The translations under genes and the position numbers were made by a program. The notes beneath the pieces were generated by a model. It was not told the DNA's origin, did no database searches, and saw only the letters and a list, made by a program, of their open reading frames with translations. Shown one piece after another: positions 38,073-47,643 of a stretch of DNA of 64,000 nucleotides (the stretch's first letter is position 1; each line of letters begins with the position of its first letter). Source of the stretch: Acidimicrobiia bacterium (GTDB lineage Bacteria > Actinomycetota > Acidimicrobiia > IMCC26256 > PALSA-610); contig JBBQTI010000009.1 of assembly GCA_038213435.1 (NCBI GenBank), positions 15,709-79,708 on the forward strand, read 5' to 3'.

Positions 38073-39281
38073 GTGAGCACCACCGTCCCCGTCACCCATG
38101 TCGAGCTGATCGCCAAGAACCGGCGCACGTCGCTCGTCATGCTCGCGATCGAGTTCCTGCTCATCGGGATCCTCGGCGCCGCGATCGGAATCCTCGTTTC
38201 CCGCTCGGTGCCGACCGGGATTCTCGTGGGCGCAACCGTCGCCATCGTGGTCGACGCCCTCGGCTGGATGGTCGCGGTGCGCGCCACCATCGCCCTGACC
38301 CACGCGGTCGAGGTCACACCCGAGCAGGCCAAGGTGCTGCACGACGTCGTCGAGGGCCTCTGCATCCGAACCGGCCTCCCGAAACCTCGGGTGTACATCG
38401 TCGACGACCCGGCCCCGAACGCCTTCGCGTTCGGACGCTCACCGGCGAGCTCCGGAGTCGCGGTCACAACGGGACTCCTCAACCTCATGTCTCGGCGAGA
38501 GCTCGAAGGCGTGCTCGCGCACGAGATGTCGCACATCCGCAATCGTGACGTCCAGGTGACCACCCTGGCGGTGACCACGGTCGGCATCCTCGTCGCGGTC
38601 GCGGAGATCGCCGCCCGCATGAGCTGGTTCGCCGACTGGGGCGACGACGACGACAACGGCGGCGCGATCGCGCTCATCGGGATCGCCGTGCTCGCAGGCG
38701 CGCTCGCGTTCGGCGCGCGCCTTCTGTCACTCGCGATCTCGCGCCACCGAGAGGAGCTCGCCGACGTCAGCGCGGCCGAGCTCGTCTCGCCCGACGGCAT
38801 CCGCAAGGCGCTCGAGAAGCTGGAAGCCGACCACACGGTGGTGCACCACGTCTCGCGCGCGACCGCGCACCTCTGGATCGTGACACCGCTGCGCGATGGG
38901 GGCGACGATCGGCACGCCCAGCTCAACAAGATGTTCGACTCGCACCCACCGCTCGACGAGCGCATCGCGATCCTGCGCAAGCTCGAGGGCCTCGATCCGA
39001 AGGAGCGCGGCCCGGTCGACGAGACGATCACCGGCGTGCCCGTCGACCTGCATGCCATTGCGCAGTCAGCTGACAGGCGCGCGAGCTCGCACTTCTCCAA
39101 CGCCGCGGCCGCGACGGGTGCGGACGCCGCGCCGGCGATGGTCCCCGTCGCCGGCAAGAATCCACCCGGCTGGTACCGGACCGACGCGACGACCTTGCAC
39201 TACTGGGACGGCACGACGTTCACCGACTGGACCGCGACCTGGAACGGCACGCGCTGGGTCCAGTCGCGGGCGAACTACTGA
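38073..39281 (+). CDS. htpX: HtpX-like M48 zinc metalloprotease with a C-terminal DUF2510-like tail
   Basis: PNAFAFG, ELEGVLAHEMSHIRNRD, SRHREELAD, FDSHPPLDERI; PPGWY...HYWDG..FT tail. Confidence 0.88.
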   Translation: MSTTVPVTHVELIAKNRRTSLVMLAIEFLLIGILGAAIGILVSRSVPTGILVGATVAIVVDALGWMVAVRATIALTHAVEVTPEQAKVLHDVVEGLCIRTGLPKPRVYIVDDPAPNAFAFGRSPASSGVAVTTGLLNLMSRRELEGVLAHEMSHIRNRDVQVTTLAVTTVGILVAVAEIAARMSWFADWGDDDDNGGAIALIGIAVLAGALAFGARLLSLAISRHREELADVSAAELVSPDGIRKALEKLEADHTVVHHVSRATAHLWIVTPLRDGGDDRHAQLNKMFDSHPPLDERIAILRKLEGLDPKERGPVDETITGVPVDLHAIAQSADRRASSHFSNAAAATGADAAPAMVPVAGKNPPGWYRTDATTLHYWDGTTFTDWTATWNGTRWVQSRANY

Positions 39282-39285
39282 CCAC

Positions 39286-39732
39286 ATGGCGGTTCATTCC
39301 TACGAGGTGACCGCTCGCGCCGCCGCCCCGCCCGAACGGATCTTCGCACTCCTTGCCGATGCGACGAGCTGGCCGCGTTGGGCCGGGCCGCTCATCGCCC
39401 ATGGCAGCTGGGAGCGCGAAGGCGACCCGCCGCCGGGCGGGGTCGGCGCGATCCGCAAGGTCGGTCGCTGGCCACAGTTCGGACGCGAGCACATCGTGGC
39501 GTTCGATCCGCCGACGCATCAGGGTTACACGATGTTGAGCGGGCAACCCACGCGCAACTACCGCGCCGACGTCCGGCTCAAGCCCGACGGCGCGGACACA
39601 ATCATCGTTTGGGGCGCGACGTTCGAACCGTTGATTCCCGGGACCGGTTGGGTGCTGAGCGCGCTCTATCGCCGGCTCATCGGCAGCTTCGCCCGCCGGC
39701 TCGCGGCCTACGCCGCGACACCCGCATCGTGA
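39286..39732 (+). CDS. SRPBCC (polyketide cyclase-like) protein
   Basis: APPERIFALLAD..SWPRW...GGVGAIR. Confidence 0.85.
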   Translation: MAVHSYEVTARAAAPPERIFALLADATSWPRWAGPLIAHGSWEREGDPPPGGVGAIRKVGRWPQFGREHIVAFDPPTHQGYTMLSGQPTRNYRADVRLKPDGADTIIVWGATFEPLIPGTGWVLSALYRRLIGSFARRLAAYAATPAS

Positions 39733-39755
39733 TCCCGTGACCCGCGAGCCTCGTC

Positions 39756-40364
39756 TCAGCGTGCGGCGCGCCACATCGTGGTGACCGCGGGGCGACCCTC
39801 GGCGACGAAGATCTCGCCGGTCGGCTCGAATCCCAGCCGCTGATAACGCGCCAGGTTCGCGGGGTTGCTCGACTCGAGGTACGCGGGCATGTGCTCCGCA
39901 TCGACGCGTTCGAGATTCTCGGCGAGCAGCGCCTCGCCGATGCCGCGCCCGCGGTGGTCGTCGTGCGTGCCGACGATGCTCAGGTAGTAGTGCGGCGCTT
40001 CGTGAGGATGGGCGGCGTCGAATCCGGCGAGCACCCGCAACACCGCGTTGCCGTGGTCGCCGCCGATGAAGTCACCGACGAGCCGGACGAGCTGCGTCTC
40101 GTCCGCGGTGGTCAGCTCCGTCCCACCCGGCCGCGTCCACAACGCGACCGACTCGCACGAACCGGTGACCCACGTCCAGTTGTCGTTGCGGAACGCGGCA
40201 TCGACGAACACGCGCCACCAGATCCGGAACTGCGCCGGCCGTCGCGTCTCGTCGGCGAACGCCCAGCTCCACAAGGGGTCGTTGTGGAACGCCGTCGCGA
40301 TGGTCTCGGTGATCGCGTCCGCGTCTTCGATGCGGGCGCGCCGTGCCCTACCCGTCGAGGACAC
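39756..40364 (-). CDS. GNAT family N-acetyltransferase
   Basis: AFHNDPLW, HYYLSIVGT...RGRGIG, PAYLESSN..N...YQRLGF. Confidence 0.9.
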   Translation of the reverse strand: MSSTGRARRARIEDADAITETIATAFHNDPLWSWAFADETRRPAQFRIWWRVFVDAAFRNDNWTWVTGSCESVALWTRPGGTELTTADETQLVRLVGDFIGGDHGNAVLRVLAGFDAAHPHEAPHYYLSIVGTHDDHRGRGIGEALLAENLERVDAEHMPAYLESSNPANLARYQRLGFEPTGEIFVAEGRPAVTTMWRAAR

Positions 40365-41475
40365 TGCTCGCGATCATCTCCTCGAGGACGCGGTCGTCCC
40401 ACCACGAGATCTGCTGCACCTTGGCCCGGCGGAAATAGAGCTGGATGTCGTATTCGACCGTGAAGCCGACGCCGCCGAACACTTGTTGCGCCATCGCCGT
40501 GACGTCACGGAACGTTGTGCACGCGAACAGCTTCGCCATGGGCGCGAGGCGGTCGCTCGGACGGTCGTTCGCCCGAGCCCATGCCGCCTCGAACATCAGC
40601 GTCTCGGCCCCGTCGACCGCGGTCGCGGCGTCCGCCAGGTAGTGCGAGATCGCCTGGAACGCGCCGAGCGGCTTGTCGAATTGCTCACGATCCTTCGCGT
40701 ACTGCACGGTGATCTCGAGCGCGTACCGCGCGCCTCCGACCGCCTGCGCCGCGAGCATGATGATCCCGTCGAGCATCGTGTCGTGCCAGGTCGTCCAGCC
40801 CGACCTCGCGGCGCCGATACGCGCCGAACCCGGCACTCGCACGCCCGACAGCATGACCTCGTACTGGCAATCGGACGCGAGGGTGACGTGCTGTTGCAGC
40901 GCTACGCCGCCCGCGGACGGGTCGACGAGGAAGAGGTCGACGTCGGTGTCGGCATCGCCGGTGCGCGCCAACACGATCATCGCGGTCGCAGCCTGGGCAA
41001 ACGGCACGTGCAACTTCACTCCGTCGAGCACGAACTCCTCGCCATCGGCCCGTGCGCGCGTCTGCACGCCGCGTGCGCCGAAGCCGTTCTCCGGCTCCAA
41101 CCAGGCGGTCGTGACGATCGCATCGCCCGATGCGATGCGCGGCAACCACGTTCGTTTCTGCTCGTCGCTCCCCGCGCGCAGCAGCACACCGCCGCCCATC
41201 ACCGCGCTGACGAAGTGCGGTGACGGCGCAAGCGCGCGCCCGAGCTCCATGTACACGACTGCGCCCTCGAGCGCGCTCATCTCCGAGCCGCCGTATTCCG
41301 AGGGCAACATGAGACCGATCAAATCGAGCTCCGCCATCTGCTTCCACAGCTCTGCCGGGAAACCAGTCGGATCGTCCTCGAGCGCGCGCACTGTGTCGAG
41401 GTTCGCGTACGAGCTGCAGACGCCGCGCACCATCTCGCGCAGCATCTCCTGCTCTTCATTGAGGTCGAGGTCCAT
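40348..41475 (-). CDS. Acyl-CoA dehydrogenase (short, partner-subunit type)
   Basis: MDLDLNEEQEM, YAKDREQFDKPLGAFQAISH, QVFGGVGFT.EYD.QLYFRRAK. Confidence 0.92.
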   Translation of the reverse strand: MDLDLNEEQEMLREMVRGVCSSYANLDTVRALEDDPTGFPAELWKQMAELDLIGLMLPSEYGGSEMSALEGAVVYMELGRALAPSPHFVSAVMGGGVLLRAGSDEQKRTWLPRIASGDAIVTTAWLEPENGFGARGVQTRARADGEEFVLDGVKLHVPFAQAATAMIVLARTGDADTDVDLFLVDPSAGGVALQQHVTLASDCQYEVMLSGVRVPGSARIGAARSGWTTWHDTMLDGIIMLAAQAVGGARYALEITVQYAKDREQFDKPLGAFQAISHYLADAATAVDGAETLMFEAAWARANDRPSDRLAPMAKLFACTTFRDVTAMAQQVFGGVGFTVEYDIQLYFRRAKVQQISWWDDRVLEEMIASSVLDG

Positions 41476-41486
41476 CCGTTCAGCTC

Positions 41487-41972
41487 CTACGGTCGCCAAT
41501 GGTCGCCGCGGCGGGTCCAGGGATTGTCGTCGTCGGTGGTGGGCAGCGCGATGCGCGCGGTGCAATCGGTCATCAGGTCGCCGTCGACGGTCAGCCGGAC
41601 GAGCACGGTTGCCCATCCGCAGCCCGTCTCGTCGGTCTCGACCTGCTCGACCGTTCCCGCGAGCACCATCGTGTCGCCCGGGAACACGGAACCTTTCATA
41701 CGGAATTTCATGCGCCCGAGCCGGCCCGTCGGCCCCGACCAGTCGGTGAGGAAACGCTCGAACCACGCCGCCTGGTTCGGCGTGTTCATGAAGATGTCCT
41801 TCGTTCCGTTGCGATTGACCGCGAAGTCGTAGTCGTGGTGCATCGGTCGCCAGTCGCGTGCCGCGAGCGCGCCGAGCACGATCGTCGTCGCGGTAACCGG
41901 ATATACGAGGTCGGGCAAGGCGTCGCCCACGTGGACGTCGGCGAGGGTGACCTTCGTCGTGGTCGCCGTCAT
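41487..41972 (-). CDS. MaoC-like (hot-dog) dehydratase subunit
   Basis: ARDWRPMHHD...DIFMN hydratase motif; VFPGD. Confidence 0.85.
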   Translation of the reverse strand: MTATTTKVTLADVHVGDALPDLVYPVTATTIVLGALAARDWRPMHHDYDFAVNRNGTKDIFMNTPNQAAWFERFLTDWSGPTGRLGRMKFRMKGSVFPGDTMVLAGTVEQVETDETGCGWATVLVRLTVDGDLMTDCTARIALPTTDDDNPWTRRGDHWRP

Positions 41973-42481
41973 GCCTCACCTCGCCTGTAGCCGAAGCCGG
42001 TATACGACTCGACGCCGACCAGCTCGTCCTTCTGGTTCAGGTACTCGACCTCGATCACCCAGAACCGGCCGGTGCCGAGCTTGGTGGTCTTCGGCTCGCT
42101 GACCGAGCGCAGGATCTGGCGCGTGCGCAGGCGATCTCCGGGCCGAACCGGCTCGTGGAACACGATCGTGTTGTCGGTCATCACCGCCTCCGGGAGCTCG
42201 AAGATCTCCTTCAAGTCGAAATGCGACTTCAAGGGCACCCCGGGCTCGGTGCGGCCCGGCGACCACTGGTGCGGCCGGAACCACACCGAGATCATCGTCG
42301 GCGGCGCGACGGGACCGCCCGTGAGGTCGTGCGCGACGGCGTCGTCCCAGAACAGCGGGTTACCGTTCTCGACCGAGGAGCACGACGTGTAGACGTAGCC
42401 GCGCTCGACCGGGAACTCCCCCGCTTCCTCGTACTGCCCCTGGTCGATCAACTTCTCGACCTCGGCCGGGAGATCGCTCAC
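41969..42481 (-). CDS. MaoC-like dehydratase N-type subunit
   Basis: VENGNPLFWD...APPTM...FHEPVRPGD; GTG overlaps the upstream stop. Confidence 0.85.
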   Translation of the reverse strand: MSDLPAEVEKLIDQGQYEEAGEFPVERGYVYTSCSSVENGNPLFWDDAVAHDLTGGPVAPPTMISVWFRPHQWSPGRTEPGVPLKSHFDLKEIFELPEAVMTDNTIVFHEPVRPGDRLRTRQILRSVSEPKTTKLGTGRFWVIEVEYLNQKDELVGVESYTGFGYRRGEA

Positions 42482-43632
42482 GCCGCCACTCCTTCGTCGC
42501 GTAGGGCCGCGATCTCCACAGCCGAGTACCCGACCTCGTGCAACAGCGCGTCCGTGTCGGTGATGGTCGGGTCGCGCACGACCGGACCGGGTTGGGCGCG
42601 GTCCATGCCCGCGAACACCCATCCGACCTGCTCGAAGGCGCCCGACGCCGGCGCGCTCGCCTCGACGAACACCTCCCGGGCACGGAAATGCGCGTCGTGC
42701 ACGAGCTCCGGCACCGACGCCACCTCGGACACACAGGTGTCGGCGGGACCGAGCTGCGCGACCCAAGCGTCTCGGGTCCGGGTGACGAACGCGGCACTGA
42801 AATCGGCGCGGATCGCATCCTGCGCCCGGTCGTCGGTCTGGTGCGCGAGCCATTGCTCGCATCCGAGCGCGCGACACAGGTTCGCGTAGAAGCGCGGCTC
42901 GATGGCGCCGACCGCGATCCACCGGTCGTCGGCACAACGGTAGACGTCGTAGCACGCGTACCGACCGGTGAGGATGTTGTGGCCGGGGCCGGGTACTTCA
43001 CCGGTCGCGAGGAACTCGTCGACATAGAGCGACATGAGCGCGACCACTCCGTCGGCCACCGAGACGTCGAGGTACGCGCCCACGCCCGTCGCCGCCCGCT
43101 GCACGAGCGCGGCGAGGATCGCGATCACCGCTTGCATCCCGCCGCCCGCGGCGTCACCGATCGTCGCCCCCGGCATTGCCGGACCGCCGTCGGCCGCGCG
43201 GCCCGAACAGTCGAGGTAGCCGCCGACGCCGAGGTAGTTGAGATCGTGGCCGGCCCACTGCGAACGCGGCCCCGTCTGCCCGAAGCCGCTCGTCGAGCAG
43301 TAGACGACTGCGGGGTTCACCGCGCGCACCGCGTCGTCGCCAAGGCCGAGCCGGCCCATGACACCCGGACGAAAGCTCTCGATCACCACGTCGGCGCGCG
43401 CCGCGAGCCGCAGGAAGGCATCGCGCCCGGCGTCGGATTTCAAGTCGAGCAGCACGCGTTCCATTCCGCGGTGCCCGGAGTACGCGTAGAACGGCGGCAC
43501 GATCTGCACGCCCGACTGCTTCGGCGGCGGGCCGATCTTCACGACGCGGGCGCCGTAGTCGGCCAGCCAGCGCGACGTGCGCGCGGCCGGACCCACCGAC
43601 GCGAGATCGAGAACGGTCACACCCTTCAGCAC
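42478..43632 (-). CDS. Family III CoA-transferase (CaiB/BaiF, AMACR-like)
   Basis: LADYGARVVK, DLKS..G, ESFRPGVM.RLG, GFGQTGP...AGHDLNY, GDAAGG. Confidence 0.93.
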   Translation of the reverse strand: MLKGVTVLDLASVGPAARTSRWLADYGARVVKIGPPPKQSGVQIVPPFYAYSGHRGMERVLLDLKSDAGRDAFLRLAARADVVIESFRPGVMGRLGLGDDAVRAVNPAVVYCSTSGFGQTGPRSQWAGHDLNYLGVGGYLDCSGRAADGGPAMPGATIGDAAGGGMQAVIAILAALVQRAATGVGAYLDVSVADGVVALMSLYVDEFLATGEVPGPGHNILTGRYACYDVYRCADDRWIAVGAIEPRFYANLCRALGCEQWLAHQTDDRAQDAIRADFSAAFVTRTRDAWVAQLGPADTCVSEVASVPELVHDAHFRAREVFVEASAPASGAFEQVGWVFAGMDRAQPGPVVRDPTITDTDALLHEVGYSAVEIAALRDEGVAA

Positions 43633-43671
43633 AGTGTCGTTCCTAGCAAAGTGTCAGTTCCAAGCACAGTG

Positions 43672-44877
43672 TCAGAAGTTCTTCGGGAGACCGAGCCCGC
43701 GGCGGGCGATGATGTTCTTCTGGATCTCCGACGAGCCACCGCCGATCGTGTCGATCACGGTGTAGCGGTACGTCGATTCCGCCCGGCCCTCCATCGGCGC
43801 GGTCTTGGTGCGGACCTGGAGTTGAGTGCCCGGACCACCGATGTCCATCGACGCGTTCGCGAGCCGCCGCGAGAACTCGGTCGCGAAGAGCTTGTACTCG
43901 GACGACTCGATGGTCGGCGGCGGTGTACCCGGAACCTTCTCGCCCTTCATCGACGCCGCGACCACGCGTAGACCGAGCACACGCGCCACTTCCGCGTCGG
44001 TCACGAGCCGGGCAATGCGTTGCCGCACGACCGGGTCGCGGCGCAGGAGCACGCCGTCGCGCTCGGTCGTGCGCACGTAGTCGATCAGCAGGTCGAGTCG
44101 CTGGTTGATCGGCGAAAACGTGAACAGGGTGAAGCGCTCGAGGTCGAGTGCTTGCGAGATGTACTGGAAGCCACGATTCACCTCGCCGACGACGTACTCG
44201 TCGGGCACGAACACGTCTTCGATGAACACCTCGTTGGTACGTTCATCGCCCATCGTCCAGATGCCCTTGATGGTCACACCGGGCTGGTCGAGCGGAACGA
44301 GCATGAGCGTGATGCCCATGTGCTTGTTGCCTGGGTCGGTCCGGGTGCCGAGCCAGTACCACTCGGCGAAGTGCGCGGACGTCGTCCACGTCTTCTGGCC
44401 GTTCAGGATCCAGCCCCGCGTACCATCGCGCTCGCCGCGTTCGGCTTTCAGCCGCATCGACGCCGCGTCGGAACCCGCGTTGGGCTCGCTGTAACCGACG
44501 GCGAACTCCACGTCGTTGCACAGGATCTTCGGGAGGAACTCCTGCTTCAAGAATTCGCTCGCTTCTTTGATGAGCGTCTTGCCGATGATGCCGACGCCCT
44601 TGCCGATCTGGGGGCCACCGCGCGCCGCGAGCGCCTCGTTGAGCAGGTACTCGTACACGCCCTCGCCCTCGGAGCCGCCGTACTCCTTCGGCCACGTCAG
44701 CCCGAGCCAGCCCCGCTCGCCGACCTCGCGCATGAACGCGCGCCGCTTCGGCGTGTCGACGATCTGCGCCATGTTCTCGCGCGTCAGATCGAAGACGTCG
44801 GGATCATCGTGGTCGTCGAGGAACCGCTCGACCTCGGCCTCGAAGGCGCGCTGTTCGGGCGAGAAATCGAAGTCCAT
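43672..44877 (-). CDS. Acyl-CoA dehydrogenase
   Basis: GYSEPNAGSD, NGQKTWTTSAH, NEVFIEDV, LDLER, TIGGGSSEIQKNII. Confidence 0.95.
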   Translation of the reverse strand: MDFDFSPEQRAFEAEVERFLDDHDDPDVFDLTRENMAQIVDTPKRRAFMREVGERGWLGLTWPKEYGGSEGEGVYEYLLNEALAARGGPQIGKGVGIIGKTLIKEASEFLKQEFLPKILCNDVEFAVGYSEPNAGSDAASMRLKAERGERDGTRGWILNGQKTWTTSAHFAEWYWLGTRTDPGNKHMGITLMLVPLDQPGVTIKGIWTMGDERTNEVFIEDVFVPDEYVVGEVNRGFQYISQALDLERFTLFTFSPINQRLDLLIDYVRTTERDGVLLRRDPVVRQRIARLVTDAEVARVLGLRVVAASMKGEKVPGTPPPTIESSEYKLFATEFSRRLANASMDIGGPGTQLQVRTKTAPMEGRAESTYRYTVIDTIGGGSSEIQKNIIARRGLGLPKNF

Positions 44878-44902
44878 GGGCCGGATTGTACGAGGCGCGC
44901 CC

Positions 44903-44952
44903 CGGCCGACGCCCAGTCACGAGGCGGCCGACGCCCAGTCACGAGGCGGCCG
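44903..44952. repeat. Intergenic 22-bp tandem duplication
   Basis: CGGCCGACGCCCAGTCACGAGG x2 plus CGGCCG. Confidence 0.9.
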
Positions 44953-46200
44953 TCAGGAGATGACGCCCCGCTCCCGAAGACCTGCGAGCTCGGCCTCGTT
45001 CAGGCCGAGCTCGGCGCTCAACACGGCGCGGGTGTGCTCCCCGACCCAGGGGACGCGCGTCTCCGGGCCCTCGCTCATCTTCGACAGCTTCACGGGGTTG
45101 CCGGGCACCAGCACGGGCTCGGGCCCGTCGTCGGTGCGCGGCATCTCGACGAGCATGTGCCGCGCCGCGACGTGGGGATCGGCGATCACGTCGGACGCGT
45201 GATTGCTCGGTCCCGCGACCACACCGGCCGCGGTGAGCTCGCGTGCCGCGTCGAGCTTCGTGCGCTTCGAGGCCCACGCGTCGACCGCGGGTCGAATCTC
45301 CGACTCGAGGTGTGCCCCCCAACCCGCGCGCGTCGCGAAACGCGGATCGTCCCTCCACTCCGGATGGCCGACGAGAACGCCGAGGTTCCAGAACTGGTGC
45401 TCCCGCACGATCTGCGCCACGACGTAGCCGTCGGAGGCGCGGAACCCTTCGCAGATGACCTGCAGTCCCTTTTCGGGCTCCGGCCGAACCCCGAGCGACC
45501 AGAAGTTCGTCACGATGTCGGTCATCGCAACCATCGCGTCGAACATCGCGATGTCGACGTACTGGCCAACGCCCGTGGAATCACGGTGCCGCAGCGCGGC
45601 GAGGATGCCGATCACGCCGAACAGCGCCGAGCTGATGTCGCCCAACGCCCCGACCGGGATCGTCACGGGCGGCTCGTCGGGATGGCGGTAGTCGTAGATA
45701 CCCGACATCGCCTCGACGATCGACGCGTAGGCGGGCCAGTCGCGATACGGCGTCTTTACCGTGTTGCCGAATCCGGAGATCGAGACGTACACCGTGCGCG
45801 GATGGCGCGCGGCGATAACGTCGTAGCCGAGACCCATGCGTTCCATCGTGCCGGGCTTGAAGTTCTCGGCCACCACGTCGAACCTCGGCACGAGCGCGAG
45901 GAACAGCTCCCGCCCCTCTGCCCGCTTCAGGTCGATGCCGACGCTGCGCTTGTTGAGATTGTTGCGAAGGTAGGTCGCGCCGACCGCGCGGCCGTCGGGG
46001 TCGAGCATGCCCGGAGTCGACGCGCGACCCGACTCGCCGTGCACCGGGTGCTCGACCTTCACCACGTCGGCGCCGAGGCGAGCGAGGAGCTGCGTGGCAT
46101 ACGGCAGCGCCTGCATCTGCTCGGCCGCGAGCACGCGCACACCGTCGAGCGGCTTGCCGTAGTGCTGCGCTCCCTCGTTCGCCACGTCGCCGAGCCGCAT
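44953..46200 (-). CDS. Family III CoA-transferase
   Basis: LARLGADVVKVE, NLNKRSVGIDLK, ENFKPG, SISGFG, ALGDISS. Confidence 0.93.
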   Translation of the reverse strand: MRLGDVANEGAQHYGKPLDGVRVLAAEQMQALPYATQLLARLGADVVKVEHPVHGESGRASTPGMLDPDGRAVGATYLRNNLNKRSVGIDLKRAEGRELFLALVPRFDVVAENFKPGTMERMGLGYDVIAARHPRTVYVSISGFGNTVKTPYRDWPAYASIVEAMSGIYDYRHPDEPPVTIPVGALGDISSALFGVIGILAALRHRDSTGVGQYVDIAMFDAMVAMTDIVTNFWSLGVRPEPEKGLQVICEGFRASDGYVVAQIVREHQFWNLGVLVGHPEWRDDPRFATRAGWGAHLESEIRPAVDAWASKRTKLDAARELTAAGVVAGPSNHASDVIADPHVAARHMLVEMPRTDDGPEPVLVPGNPVKLSKMSEGPETRVPWVGEHTRAVLSAELGLNEAELAGLRERGVIS

Positions 46201-46274
46201 CTCGCCGATGCTACGCGGAGCGATACGGCAAATCCGAAATTAGTCTTGTTCCTATTGGATGTTTTCGGATGTCA

Positions 46275-46290
46275 TCGAACGTATGTTCGG
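46275..46290. promoter_or_regulatory. LexA (SOS) box overlapping the DUF222 start codon
   Basis: TCGAAC-GTAT-GTTCGG matches the actinobacterial consensus TCGAAC-N4-GTTCGA. Confidence 0.8.
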
Positions 46291-47182
46291 GTCGTTGGAA
46301 GCGCTCGCAGCAGAACGAAGGGCGCTCGACGCGCGTGAAGCCGCTTGGCTCGGTGAAGTCGCGAAGTACAAGCATTCCGACGACTGGCGCGCGGACTGAT
46401 ACGCGAATGCAGCCTCTGCACTACGCCACGCGTGCCGCATGAACCCCGGCGTGGCCCGCGGGCACGTCGAGCTCTCGCGGAAGTTGGAAGACCTTCCGGA
46501 GGTCGCGGACGCGTTCGGTTCGGGCGAGATCTCGCCCGCGCACGCACGGGTGATCGCGAAGGCGTACACACTGGAACGCGCTTCGGAGATGGCCGGGCTC
46601 GAGAAACCGATCGTCGATGCGGCGCGGGTCGCGAACCCGCGCGAGCTGCTCGGAATCATGCGTCACATCACCGACGCGATCGATGGCGACGGCGGCGCGG
46701 CATCCGACGAGGCGATTCACGCCCGTCGGCGCTGGCACATGTCGCTGACGATCGACGGAATGCTGAAGATCGACGGGCTGGTCGACGCGGAGGCGTCCGA
46801 ATACTGGCAGACGGCCGTCAACGCCGAGATCGACCGCGACTATTACGAGGGCGACACGCGAACCCTTGCCCAGCGACGCGCCGACGCGGCCACGAGCCTG
46901 ATCCGCCGACCGCTCGACACCGGCGACGCGAGCAACCGCCGCGCGGCGCGCCCACATCTCGCGGTCGTCGTCGACCTCGACGAGCTTCCCTCCACCACAC
47001 CCGCGTTGATCGCCGTGATCCGCGCCGAGCAGCGCTCCCGCGGTCAGCTGTCGGCAGCCATGCTCGAGCGCATCAGCTGCGATTGCGACATCAGTCGGGT
47101 CATCATGGCGGGACCGTCCGAGGTGCTCGACGTCGGCCGCGCGACCCGCACCATCTCACCTGCACTCTGGAAAGCGACCTGA
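46283..47182 (+). pseudogene. DUF222 (13E12-repeat/HNH-associated) gene with an internal stop and no HNH domain
   Basis: In-frame TGA at 46397-46399 (WRAD*Y); GEISPAHARVI, QRRADA, RISCDC...VLDVGRATRT, then a stop before the RD..C/HNH region. Confidence 0.85.
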
Positions 47183-47194
47183 CCGCAACCTTCT

Positions 47195-47578
47195 TCACGA
47201 CGCCGAGAGACAGAACTCGTTGCCTTCGGGGTCCAGCAACACGATCCGGTGCGCATGCGTGGCGGCCACGACCGCGCCCAGGCCCACGAGCCGCGCCGAT
47301 TCGGCGGCGAGGTCGTCGCACAGGAGGTCGAGATGCACTCGATTCTTCACGACCTTCGATTCCGCGACGCGCTGGAAGAACAAACGTGGTCCGACAGCCG
47401 ACGCCTCGACCAACACGGTCGGGTCGTCTTCGACGTCGTCGATGCCGGCCGCTCGCAGGCGTTCGAGCTCGGCTTCGTCGTACGGCGCGACGGCGTAGCC
47501 GTCGAGCGCGGCCGCCCAGAATCGAGCCAGCGACGCGGGGTGCCGGCAATCGACGACGACGTCGTGAATCCGAGCCAC
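47195..47578 (-). CDS. VOC/glyoxalase-like protein
   Basis: VVDCRHPASLARFWAAAL...FQRV.E.K..KNRVHLD...DPEGNEFC. Confidence 0.92.
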   Translation of the reverse strand: MARIHDVVVDCRHPASLARFWAAALDGYAVAPYDEAELERLRAAGIDDVEDDPTVLVEASAVGPRLFFQRVAESKVVKNRVHLDLLCDDLAAESARLVGLGAVVAATHAHRIVLLDPEGNEFCLSAS

Positions 47579-47643
47579 GCCAGAAGTCTCGCCTGCTTCC
47601 CGGCAGGACGAGAGCTGACAACGGCGTCATAGACTCCCGAGCC

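Noticed and set aside
46397-46399. In-frame TGA in the DUF222 gene as a second selenocysteine
   Set aside because: The position corresponds to a Gly in the W..DG motif rather than a Cys, and the gene is also truncated, so a nonsense mutation is the simpler explanation.
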